From positions 16,490 to 80,489 of the forward strand of contig JAPKZO010000029.1 of the NCBI GenBank assembly GCA_026393755.1: a stretch of 64,000 nucleotides of DNA. Direction: 5' to 3'. Position numbers and translations under genes: made by a program. Under the pieces are notes generated by a model. That model saw only the letters and a program-made list of their open reading frames with translations, ran no database searches and was not told where the DNA came from. Source of the stretch: Acidobacteriota bacterium (lineage in GTDB: Bacteria; Acidobacteriota; Vicinamibacteria; Vicinamibacterales; JAKQTR01). Shown here piece by piece: positions 55,948 through 64,000 of the stretch (positions are counted from its first letter, which is position 1; each line of letters opens with the position of its first letter).

Positions 55948-57131
55948 CGCACCCGCACAGGGGGCGCCGGCTTCGATCGATCCTCGTACGGGCGCAGGAC
56001 CCACTCGAGAAACACCCAGGTGCGGTTCCACGAATCGATCTGCGCGGGAGAATCCACGCGCTGCAGCGTGGTGGAATCAACCCGGCGGCTGAAGGCGTGG
56101 CCGACGCTCGATCCCCACGGCGCCGGATCGACATAGACCTTCGTCTCCGCGAGATCCGGTTTGCGTGATCGCAGCGCATCCACAATCTGCTGATCCTCAA
56201 CGAAGTTCACATCCTGGTCGTTTGTCGCGACATGGACCAGGAGCGGCACGTGGAGCTTGTCCACGTGATAGAGCGGCGATCGTTCGATGTAGGTTGCCTG
56301 TTTCTCGAAGGGCAGCCCGCCAATCCGTTTCTGTGTGGCGAAATCCCATTGGTAGCCAGGGCCCTTGTACGAGAGCCGGAACACGAGATTGGTTACCGGC
56401 ACGATGGCGGCGCCGACCGCGAACGGCGTCTTCTCACGGAACACGGAGAACAGCGTGATGTATCCGCCATGGCTCCACCCCATGATCCCCAGGCGCTCCG
56501 GATCGACGTGCGGGAGGGTCTTCAGGTAGTCCGCGGCCGACACCACGTCGTCGACCTCGTAGCCTCCGTAGTCGATGGCCTGGTGATACGCCTCCCCGTA
56601 GCCCGTGCTCCCGCGGTAGTCGGGCGCGATCACGACGTAGCCGCGCTCCACCGCTTCCTTGACGAACGGGAACATCGTGATGCCCCAGTTGCCGTGCACG
56701 CCGCCGTGGACCCAGACCATGGCGGCATGGCCCTTCGCACCGCGTTTCTGCAGCGGCTGGAACAGGTAGGCCGGGATGTCCATGTCGCCGACGCTGCTCC
56801 GATACGTGACCTTCTTGAAATCGATGATGCCCTTGCAGAGTTCTGGATACCTGGCCTCCGCCGCCACTCGCGCATCGATATCGCGCTGGTAGTCGGTGCC
56901 AAGGGACTGATGGGTGGGGTCCTTCGATACGTAGAGGGCTCTGGCCCGATCCGGATCCATCGGGACCTTTGCCCGCGGATTTTCCCGTTGCGGTCGGGCG
57001 GCTGCCGCCTGGCCTGCCGGCGGGTTCTGGGCTGGAGGCGGATTCTGGGCAGAACCGGCCACACTGATCGCGGCCGCAAGAACGAGAGTCAACACCGCGT
57101 GAGACACATATGAACGCTTCGCAACAGACAT
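55944..57131 (-). CDS. Secreted S9-family serine peptidase / alpha-beta hydrolase
   Basis: Signal peptide 'MSVAKRSYVSHAVLTLVLAAAISVAGSA'. Nucleophile elbow 'GIMGWSHGGY'. 'VHGGVHGNW'. Catalytic His context 'SSVGHAF'. Confidence 0.85.
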   Translation of the reverse strand: MSVAKRSYVSHAVLTLVLAAAISVAGSAQNPPPAQNPPAGQAAAARPQRENPRAKVPMDPDRARALYVSKDPTHQSLGTDYQRDIDARVAAEARYPELCKGIIDFKKVTYRSSVGDMDIPAYLFQPLQKRGAKGHAAMVWVHGGVHGNWGITMFPFVKEAVERGYVVIAPDYRGSTGYGEAYHQAIDYGGYEVDDVVSAADYLKTLPHVDPERLGIMGWSHGGYITLFSVFREKTPFAVGAAIVPVTNLVFRLSYKGPGYQWDFATQKRIGGLPFEKQATYIERSPLYHVDKLHVPLLVHVATNDQDVNFVEDQQIVDALRSRKPDLAETKVYVDPAPWGSSVGHAFSRRVDSTTLQRVDSPAQIDSWNRTWVFLEWVLRPYEDRSKPAPPVRVR

Positions 57132-57333
57132 GAGGTCCTCCTGTCGAGAGACGCGAGACTCCGGCGCACACTATAGCAGACAGAGGCTGCGCGCCCGCCC
57201 CACGCGGCGCCGCGCCCGGCGCGTGGTGGCGCGGTTGGACCCGGCCGGGGGTCTGATGATACCGTTCAAACAAACGCGTCAAGGCCTTCCAGGAGTGGGA
57301 ACGTGCGGAATCCTGGGAGAGTGGTTCAGCCCC

Positions 57334-59238
57334 ATGCGGCGAAAGTCCGTCACTCCGATGCTCGTCGTCCTGGCGGCTGCGGCGCTGGCCGCGGCACCCG
57401 GAGGCGCGCCCCGGGGGCCCTTGACAACTGCTGCCGCCGATCAATCGCAGGCCGCTCCGCAGCAGCCACCGCCGGTGTTCAAGGCCGGCGTCAAGCTTGT
57501 CCGCGTCGACGTGACCGTGCTGGGCCGGGGCGACCTGCTGATAGCCGACTTGCAGGCCGCCGATTTCGACGTCTCAGAAGACGGCGTGCCGCAGAAGGTC
57601 GATCAACTCCGGTACGTACGACTCGACGGGCGGCGGCCGCAAGGCGACGAGGAGTCGCTGGCGATTCGGTCCCAGGAGCACGCCGAAGCCGAAGCGGCCC
57701 GCGAAGACGTGCGCGTGTTCGTGATCTTCCTCGATGACTACCACGTCGACAAACACCCGGCGATCACCATTCCCATCCGCCGCGCACTGAAGGACTTTAT
57801 CGAGCGGCTCTGGCCGACCGATCTCGTGGCGATGATGGATCCATTGACGCCGCTCGACGCATTGCGCTTCACACGCGTGAAGCAGGAACTGCTCGACGTG
57901 GTGGCGAAGTTCGAAGGCCGCCAGGGAGAGTACTATCCGGTGCGCAGCCTTCTCGAGGAAGCCCAGCTCAGATCGGAGAATCCGCGGAGGATGCGCGCGC
58001 AGGTGACATTCTCCGCGCTGGCCGGCCTCTGCGTGAAACTCGGCGGCCTGCGCGAAGGCCGAAAGACGGTCATCTTCGTGAGCCAGGGCCCGCCGATCCT
58101 GTTCGGCATCGGACAGCCGAGTCTGCGCGAAGACATGCAGGTCGTGATCGACGCCGCCGTTCGCGCCAATGTCACCATCGACGCGGTGGATCCCGAGAGC
58201 CTCGGCATGCCCATCCGCGAAGACGCGCGCGCGTCGCTCTTCCAGCTTGCCGGCGAGACGGGCGGGCGCGCGGTGGTCAACACCAACGCGATGGAACTTG
58301 GCATGGCGCAGGTACTCAACGAAACCAGCGCCTACTACGTGCTCGGGTACATGCCGACGAGGGCGACCGATGACGGGAAGTACCACAAGATCAGCGTGAA
58401 GGTGCGCCGATCAGGCGTTCGGGTGCTCGCGCGCCGGGGTTACTGGGCGCCAAGCACCAAGGAAATGGAGGCTGCGGCCGTGGCGGCGGCCAGGACGCTA
58501 CCGCCAGGTGTCGCCAGCGCGCAGGATCTCCTCAAGACGACGGAGCCCGGCCGCCGGCCTGTGGAGATCTGGGTCGGGCTCTCGCGTGGCGGCGATGGCC
58601 GCCCCCGGGCGGTGGTGACCTGGGCTCTCCCCGACATCGCCCGTCCGCTGCCCATCAACAGGCTGGATGTGGAAATCGTGTCCGCAAAGGGAGGAGCACC
58701 CGTTGGGCCCGTGCACACACTGACGGCCGCGGCGGACGCAAAGGCGGAACGCCCTGTCGAGATCTTCACGCTGGATCCTGGAGAGTATGAACTTCGATAC
58801 TCGGCGCGCACCGCCGACAACAGCGTGGCGGACCGCTGGACCCAGGCGCTCACGGTGCCCGACTTTGCGATGGCCCCGGTGTCACTGGCCACGCCGAAGT
58901 TCTACCGTTCAAGGTCCCTCGCGGAGTTCCGGACGATTCGTGCGGCCAGAGATCCGGTGCCGGCGGTGGTGCGCCAGTTCGGACACAACGACCGCGTGCT
59001 GGTCGATGCAGAGTGCTACACGCCCGGGACGGGCGAGACACCGAAACTCGACGCGCACGTGATGACCCGAGACGGGCGCGAACTGACGGCGCTCCCGGTG
59101 CCCGACCTGGTCAACGGGCGGGCGCGGTTTGAACTGCCCGTCGGCAGCCTCGGACAAGGCACATACCTTCTGCGTGTGCGCGCCAAGGTCGGATCGGCGG
59201 AGACGGAGTTGCTGACGGCGTTTCGGGTTGTGCCATAG
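57334..59238 (+). CDS. Secreted vWA-domain protein of the acidobacterial 'VWFA-related' type
   Basis: Raw ORF trimmed to ATG 57334 (signal 'MRRKSVTPMLVVLAAAALAAAPG'). N-terminal 'FKAGVKLVRVDVTVLGRGDLLIADLQAADFDVSEDGVPQKVDQL'. vWA 'VRVFVIFLDDYH...KTVIFVSQG'. Confidence 0.8.
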   Translation: MRRKSVTPMLVVLAAAALAAAPGGAPRGPLTTAAADQSQAAPQQPPPVFKAGVKLVRVDVTVLGRGDLLIADLQAADFDVSEDGVPQKVDQLRYVRLDGRRPQGDEESLAIRSQEHAEAEAAREDVRVFVIFLDDYHVDKHPAITIPIRRALKDFIERLWPTDLVAMMDPLTPLDALRFTRVKQELLDVVAKFEGRQGEYYPVRSLLEEAQLRSENPRRMRAQVTFSALAGLCVKLGGLREGRKTVIFVSQGPPILFGIGQPSLREDMQVVIDAAVRANVTIDAVDPESLGMPIREDARASLFQLAGETGGRAVVNTNAMELGMAQVLNETSAYYVLGYMPTRATDDGKYHKISVKVRRSGVRVLARRGYWAPSTKEMEAAAVAAARTLPPGVASAQDLLKTTEPGRRPVEIWVGLSRGGDGRPRAVVTWALPDIARPLPINRLDVEIVSAKGGAPVGPVHTLTAAADAKAERPVEIFTLDPGEYELRYSARTADNSVADRWTQALTVPDFAMAPVSLATPKFYRSRSLAEFRTIRAARDPVPAVVRQFGHNDRVLVDAECYTPGTGETPKLDAHVMTRDGRELTALPVPDLVNGRARFELPVGSLGQGTYLLRVRAKVGSAETELLTAFRVVP

Positions 59239-59249
59239 ACGCTGGCTGG

Positions 59250-59269
59250 ATTCCGGCTTTCGCCGGAAT
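59250..59269 (+). terminator. Tetraloop hairpin after the vWA gene
   Basis: 8-bp stem ATTCCGGC / GCCGGAAT with loop TTTC, 12 nt after the stop at 59238. It is followed by an A/G-rich leader for the CapA-family gene. Confidence 0.4.
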
Positions 59270-59310
59270 GACGAGACAAGAACCAGGAAGCAAGAAGCAA
59301 GAATGAAGAA

Positions 59311-60579
59311 ATGACACACTCGGGCCAACGGGCGACAACCACCCCCTCACGTCGGTCCGGGCGGAAACCGCGAACAACCGTCCTCGTGGCGTCAGATTGG
59401 GCCCCGATTCGCGCGTTTGATTCGCTTGTGCGCGAAGATCCCGAAGCCGCGTATGGCGATCTGCTGCCCGTGCTCCGCCAGGCCGACCTCCGCATTGTCA
59501 ACTGCGAGTGCGCGCTGACCACGGCCGCGAAACCCGTGTGGAAGAGCGGCGCGGTGTTCAAGGGCGCCCCCGGGCACGTCAAGGGTCTGACCGCCGTGCC
59601 CTTCGACGTCGCGTGTCTCGGCAACAACCACGTCCTCGATTACGGCGTGCGCGGGCTTCGCGAGACGCTGCGGGTGCTGGCGCGCAGCGGCGTGGCGACC
59701 GTCGGCGCCGGCCTCACCGAGGATCAAGCCCACGCGCCGCTCTCGCTCGAGCGCAACGGCCTGGCCATCCACCTGGTCAACATCAGCGAAGGCGAAGATC
59801 TGACAGCGTCGCGCGGCGGACCAGGCGTGTTCGGCTGGGACATTCCGCGGGCCGTTGCCGCCATCCGCAACCGCAGGAAGGCCAGGGGCGTCGTCATCGC
59901 CATCGCGCACTGCGGCCTGGAATACGTGCCCTATCCGCCGCCGTACGTCGTGACAGCCTTCCGCGCCATGATTGACGCCGGCGCCGATGCCGTCATCGGG
60001 CATCATCCGCACGTGCCGCAGGGAATCGAATGGCATAACGGCCGGCCCATCGTGTACAGCCTCGGCAATTTCCTGTTCTATCAGCACACGGAGTTGTTCC
60101 ACCGCAAGATTGGTTTCTGCGTGTCTTTGCAGTTTGACGGAAAGCGGATCGCCGGCCTCGAACTGGTTCCGTATCGCATCACCGACAGTGGACTCCGCCG
60201 GCTCGACAGGCAGGAACACGCGGCGTTCAGCAAGACCATGACAATCCTCTCGAAACCGTTTCGAACCGCGTCCGGGCCCGATCGGGCCTGGCACGCGTAC
60301 CTCGCGAACTACGGCACCGCGGGCTTTACCGCAGAGGTGTCCGGCATCCTCGCCCGGATGAAGACGGAGCCCCAGAAGGCCGCGGCGATGTTCCGCAACC
60401 GCATCACGACGATGCAGCACGTGGAGTTGTGGAGAGATTTCCTCACCGCGACGATGGCGGGCGGGCCGACGGGTTACCCGCGTGAGGCGTCTCGGATGGT
60501 GGAGGAATACTTCACGCGCCCCTACAGTCCGTACCGCTCCAGTGCCGAATCGACCACCGCTTTGACCAGGAGCCGATAG
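59311..60579 (+). CDS. CapA-family (PGA_cap) metallophosphoesterase-like protein, apparently cytoplasmic
   Basis: 'VLVASDWAPIRAF', 'ADLRIVNCECALT', 'VACLGNNHVLDYG', 'IAHCGLEY', 'VIGHHPHVPQGIE'. No signal peptide or TM segment at the N-terminus. Confidence 0.8.
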   Translation: MTHSGQRATTTPSRRSGRKPRTTVLVASDWAPIRAFDSLVREDPEAAYGDLLPVLRQADLRIVNCECALTTAAKPVWKSGAVFKGAPGHVKGLTAVPFDVACLGNNHVLDYGVRGLRETLRVLARSGVATVGAGLTEDQAHAPLSLERNGLAIHLVNISEGEDLTASRGGPGVFGWDIPRAVAAIRNRRKARGVVIAIAHCGLEYVPYPPPYVVTAFRAMIDAGADAVIGHHPHVPQGIEWHNGRPIVYSLGNFLFYQHTELFHRKIGFCVSLQFDGKRIAGLELVPYRITDSGLRRLDRQEHAAFSKTMTILSKPFRTASGPDRAWHAYLANYGTAGFTAEVSGILARMKTEPQKAAAMFRNRITTMQHVELWRDFLTATMAGGPTGYPREASRMVEEYFTRPYSPYRSSAESTTALTRSR

Positions 60580-61502
60580 TCTTCCATCTCGCCGCCGGGC
60601 GAGTGGTGATGCAGCGTATAGAGTTGAGGCCCCCAGCTCTTGTGCGGCTTCAAACCCGGGATCCCGTTCACCTCCATGATCCTGAGCGCGCCGCCGGCAT
60701 CGGTCTTGACGTCGATACGGACGTGATCCAGGCAGTTCATCGCGTTGGCCGTCTGCGTGGCCAGCGCCTGTGCCTCGTCGGATCGTGGCCCGGGAGGATG
60801 GATGTGTGTGAGTCCGACGCCGCGCAGGTCGCTCCGCAGGACCTTGTGTTTGCCGTAGTGCTGCGCATCGACCGTTACCAGGCCGGGCAGGCATTCGCGA
60901 TGGTCGCCGTTGCCCAGCACGAGAACCGTGAACTCGTCGCCGGGCATGAAGTCCTCGACAAGGGCGGCTTCGTCGAACTCGCGTTCGATGTAGGCCACCT
61001 GGCGCCTCAATTGCTCCTCGTTGTCCACGACGCTGTCATCCGAGATGCCGACCGAGCGCGACTCGCACATCGGTTTGACGAATGCCGGATACCGAACGAC
61101 GGACATATCGTCAGTGCTCCGCAGCAGATGGTGGGCGGGCACTGGTACGCCACGGCGCGCGAGCGCGACGTGGGTGTGGTACTTGTCGATCATGTCCTTC
61201 ATCGTCTGGCTGTTCGACCCGATGTACGGGATCGACCGGCCATCGAGCACATCAGCCACCCACATGCCGCCCTCGTTGCGGCCGATGAACTTGTCGTTCG
61301 GCGTGATGTGGTAGAGCGCGCTCCAGATGATGTCGAATCCTCCCCGGTCGAGCCGGGCGAGGAACTCCGATTCGGTTTCCACGTAGGCGATCGACGCCGA
61401 GTATCCGGACGCGCCGATCGCGTCGGCAACCGATTGCGTGACGCTGTTGTCGCCCCATCCTTGCGCGTCGCCGCCGGGGCCGGTAAGCAGAAGAACCCTC
61501 AT
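60522..61502 (-). CDS. ATP-grasp ligase of the D-alanine--D-alanine ligase family
   Basis: SD 'GGAG' 8 nt upstream of the ATG. Ddl-like architecture: 'SIPYIGS', 'YPAFVKPMCESRSVGIS', 'ALVEDFMPGDEFTVLVLG', C-terminal 'RIDVKTDAGGALRIMEVNGIPGL'. Confidence 0.85.
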   Translation of the reverse strand: MRVLLLTGPGGDAQGWGDNSVTQSVADAIGASGYSASIAYVETESEFLARLDRGGFDIIWSALYHITPNDKFIGRNEGGMWVADVLDGRSIPYIGSNSQTMKDMIDKYHTHVALARRGVPVPAHHLLRSTDDMSVVRYPAFVKPMCESRSVGISDDSVVDNEEQLRRQVAYIEREFDEAALVEDFMPGDEFTVLVLGNGDHRECLPGLVTVDAQHYGKHKVLRSDLRGVGLTHIHPPGPRSDEAQALATQTANAMNCLDHVRIDVKTDAGGALRIMEVNGIPGLKPHKSWGPQLYTLHHHSPGGEMEDYRLLVKAVVDSALERYGL

Positions 61503-61522
61503 GCTGTATCTCCGCTGACAAA

Positions 61523-62422
61523 TCAGAACAGACCTGGCACATGCGCATACGACTGCAAGGCGCGCGCGGTTGCCGGAGAGACTGGCGCGACGAGCCGTCC
61601 GATTCCGTCTTGCGTGCGCTCGTCGAGCGCCACCTTTGATATCACGTCAACCCGGATCGCGCCGCTCGACGCGCCAGGCGATGCCGCGACAGATGCTGGA
61701 ACGACCAGTCGTACGAGGGCGATGTTCGGATCAAGAGTCCGGACGGCGCGCCCGCAGGCGCGCTCGAGTGACGTGCGAAACCGATCCGCCACGTAGCCAT
61801 AGTGAGTACAACACAGCCCGGCGAACAGCGCTCCACTCTGCGGCAGGGATGCCGCCGCCAGGGACGCGCTCTGGTCGATCAAGCGCTCGACCTCCGCGCC
61901 GCCAGCGTCCTGCTCGATCGCCACCGCCAGGCCATGGCAGGGCACCGGAACGATCCGCTCCGGCGCCGTCCCCAGTTGCACGAGCCGATCGCGATGCACG
62001 CCGGACTCGATCGTAATGCGCGTGCCGAACAGCGCGATGGAACTTCCCGGTTCGGCGCTCAACGCGTCGTGGAACAGAGCCACGCCGCAGTCGATGATGC
62101 CGACGACCGGGGTTGCCGAGGTGCGTGCAAACATGGTGCGGTCGAAGAGCACCGAGAGCGTGTTGCAGGCGATGACAATCCGGTCGGGCCGCAGCTGGTT
62201 CATTTGAGCGAGCGCAGAATCGAAGTACGCAAGCCGGGAGACCTGGTCGGGCAGGGAGTTGTATCCGCGTCCCTGTTCGGGCCACGCGTTGAAGTACGTC
62301 AACCGGACGCCAGCCGCGTTGCCGGACAGCCGAAGCGCGCTCTCGATGGCGGCACAAATGCCGAGACCGCCGAGTCCCGAATCAGTGATGACAAGGTGCA
62401 CGCTGTGTCCCGCTCGATTCAT
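61523..62422 (-). CDS. Asp/Glu racemase superfamily protein, glutamate-racemase (MurI)-like
   Basis: 'LVITDSGLGGLGI' (cf. MurI 'DSGxGGL'). Both catalytic-Cys contexts are present: 'IVIACNTLS' and 'GLCCTHYGY'. 299 aa. Confidence 0.8.
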   Translation of the reverse strand: MNRAGHSVHLVITDSGLGGLGICAAIESALRLSGNAAGVRLTYFNAWPEQGRGYNSLPDQVSRLAYFDSALAQMNQLRPDRIVIACNTLSVLFDRTMFARTSATPVVGIIDCGVALFHDALSAEPGSSIALFGTRITIESGVHRDRLVQLGTAPERIVPVPCHGLAVAIEQDAGGAEVERLIDQSASLAAASLPQSGALFAGLCCTHYGYVADRFRTSLERACGRAVRTLDPNIALVRLVVPASVAASPGASSGAIRVDVISKVALDERTQDGIGRLVAPVSPATARALQSYAHVPGLF

Positions 62423-62458
62423 TCTATGGAGAACTCTGGCGCAAAGTCCTTCAGGACA

Positions 62459-63712
62459 CTACTTCGTGGGGATGGCCGACAAGTCGCGGTGCCGCGTCTC
62501 TGGCAGCGTCCAGACCCACGTAGCCGTCGCGAGCGCGAGCAGCATCGGGACGCTCAATCCGCCGGTCAGTCCGTAGATCACGACCACCTGGTTGACGAGA
62601 ATCGGCGCGAAGAACTGAACGCCCCGCGCCATGTTGTAGGTGGCGCCCATGGCGAAGTTGCGGACGTCGGTCGGGAACAGTTCGGCCAGCAAGGCGCCGA
62701 AGCCTGCCGTGCATCCCGATCCGAGGCCCAGGCAGAAGAGCGCGCTCCAGAAGAGCAGCGGCTCAGTGAGCAGCCACTGCCAGTGGAAGGCCAGCGGGTA
62801 GATGGCTGCGGCCGTGAGGAGGGAGTAGCCGGTAAAGAGCATTCGTCTCCCGTAGCGGTCGGCGAGCGTGCCGAAGGCGAGCATGCCGAGAAGTTGACCG
62901 AGCTGCGCCGTCAGCATCCACAGGGTGGATCGGCCGATGGGCTGGTGGAATTCCTGCTGGAGGAACTTGGGGAGCCACGTGTAGCAGGTCCAGTATGTGC
63001 CCAGTTTGAAGGTGCCGAGAATCCAGCCCCGCGCGCAGACCGACACGAGGTTCCGCTGCCAGATGGCGCGCATGGCGGCGACCGGCGACAGGTGCGTGTC
63101 TCGCTGGGCATTCCACAGGACGGATTCCGGCAAGTGACGCCGCGCGATGAACGCGATCATGACCGTTGCCGACGAGACCAGCAGGACGGCTCGCCACCCG
63201 ATCGCAGGTGCAAGCAGGAATCCCGCGACAGCCGCAAGCCCGACGCCGATGGGTTCGCCGGCCTGGAGCAGGGCAGACGCGCGGCCGCGCATCCTCTGCG
63301 GGGACGATTCGGCCAGCAGCGCGTGCCCGACCGCCCATTCGCCGCCGACGCCAAGACCCGTGATCAAACGGAAGACCAGGACCGTCCAGTACCCGGTCGA
63401 AAAGGCGGTGAGCGCCGTGCCGATCGAGTAGATGAGAATCGTCCAGGTCATCACCTTGCGGCGGCCGTACAGATCCGCGAGATAGCCGAAGAAGATGCCG
63501 CCGATGCCGGAGGCGCCGAGCGCCACGCCGAGCAACACGGCCTCTTCCGCATTGGTGAGCCCGAGATCGCGGCCGATCGGAACAAGCAGGAAGGAAAACA
63601 GGACGAGGTCGTAGAAATCGAACATCCATCCGGCGAGCGCGATGAGCCAGATTCGGACAGGGAATCGATCCGGGGTGGGCGCGGCGGTCGCGGCCGGGCT
63701 GGTGAGAATCAT
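62459..63712 (-). CDS. MFS transporter
   Basis: SD 'GAGGAG' upstream. 'GWMFDFYDLVLFSFLL', 'GYLADLYGRRKV', 'ITGLGVGGEWAVG'. 12 hydrophobic segments. Confidence 0.85.
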   Translation of the reverse strand: MILTSPAATAAPTPDRFPVRIWLIALAGWMFDFYDLVLFSFLLVPIGRDLGLTNAEEAVLLGVALGASGIGGIFFGYLADLYGRRKVMTWTILIYSIGTALTAFSTGYWTVLVFRLITGLGVGGEWAVGHALLAESSPQRMRGRASALLQAGEPIGVGLAAVAGFLLAPAIGWRAVLLVSSATVMIAFIARRHLPESVLWNAQRDTHLSPVAAMRAIWQRNLVSVCARGWILGTFKLGTYWTCYTWLPKFLQQEFHQPIGRSTLWMLTAQLGQLLGMLAFGTLADRYGRRMLFTGYSLLTAAAIYPLAFHWQWLLTEPLLFWSALFCLGLGSGCTAGFGALLAELFPTDVRNFAMGATYNMARGVQFFAPILVNQVVVIYGLTGGLSVPMLLALATATWVWTLPETRHRDLSAIPTK

Positions 63713-63933
63713 CTCGTCTCCTCGTTGAACGCGCCCGTATCATACGCTGGCTCGGGGACCAAAGGCGGCGAATTGCGCTATCTGATGGCGTTACTGAGCC
63801 GTTAGCGCGGGGTGTAAATGCCGATCCCGCGCCAGGCGTAAGCCATAGTGAGGGATATCCCTGTTTGTCACCAGCGCGCAACTGCTCCCATCGGCATCAA
63901 GGAAGCGGACCCCGTCGCCAGAGGAGTATCACC

Positions 63934-64000
63934 ATGAACATCGCTGCCCGCCTGCGCGTGAGTACCGTCTCGGGTGTCCGAATCGCCGCCTGTTTCGCCG
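63934..64000 (+). CDS. 5' end of an uncharacterised CDS (truncated by window end)
   Basis: ATG 63934 is preceded by SD 'GAGGAG' at 7 nt. It encodes 'MNIAARLRVSTVSGVRIAACFA' (signal-peptide-like). Only 22 codons are visible. Confidence 0.3.
   Translation, partial: MNIAARLRVSTVSGVRIAACFA

Overview
This is a 64-kb, gene-dense bacterial chromosomal segment, roughly two-thirds G+C by eye. I call 47 protein-coding genes. Many starts were moved downstream of the raw ORF track where a signal peptide, a Shine-Dalgarno site or stop/start coupling supported it. I found no rRNA, complete tRNA, CRISPR array, transposase, integrase or recognisable phage-defence gene. The gene content points to Acidobacteriota (inference only): three vWA proteins of the acidobacterial N-terminal type, a CarboxypepD_reg repeat protein, two ~1,160-aa sortilin/BNR giants, and many secreted M28/S9/GGT peptidases. 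Layout: (1) 0-7.9 kb holds mixed envelope and signalling genes, including a diguanylate cyclase with a 10-cysteine N-terminal domain. (2) 7.9-25.6 kb is a surface-polysaccharide locus whose minus-strand arm is translationally coupled to a NitT/TauT-type ABC importer with an embedded methyltransferase. (3) 25.8-37.2 kb holds a PadR pair, a GCPII-like M28 peptidase, a cupin, fumC, an orphan 476-aa protein, MepA-LysM, a PEGA protein with a 30-bp tandem repeat behind a consensus sigma-54 promoter, an MFS transporter and a monothiol thioredoxin-like lipoprotein. (4) 37.3-50.6 kb and 54.1-59.2 kb form a secreted-protein and peptidase island. (5) 50.7-54.0 kb is an LtaS-like / flippase-like / nucleotidyltransferase module. 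(6) 59.3-63.7 kb holds a CapA-family gene converging on an MFS / Glu-racemase-like / Ddl-type ATP-grasp operon, which is my best candidate for an undescribed system. All family assignments were made by eye from motifs in the translated ORFs. None has been verified by a database search.
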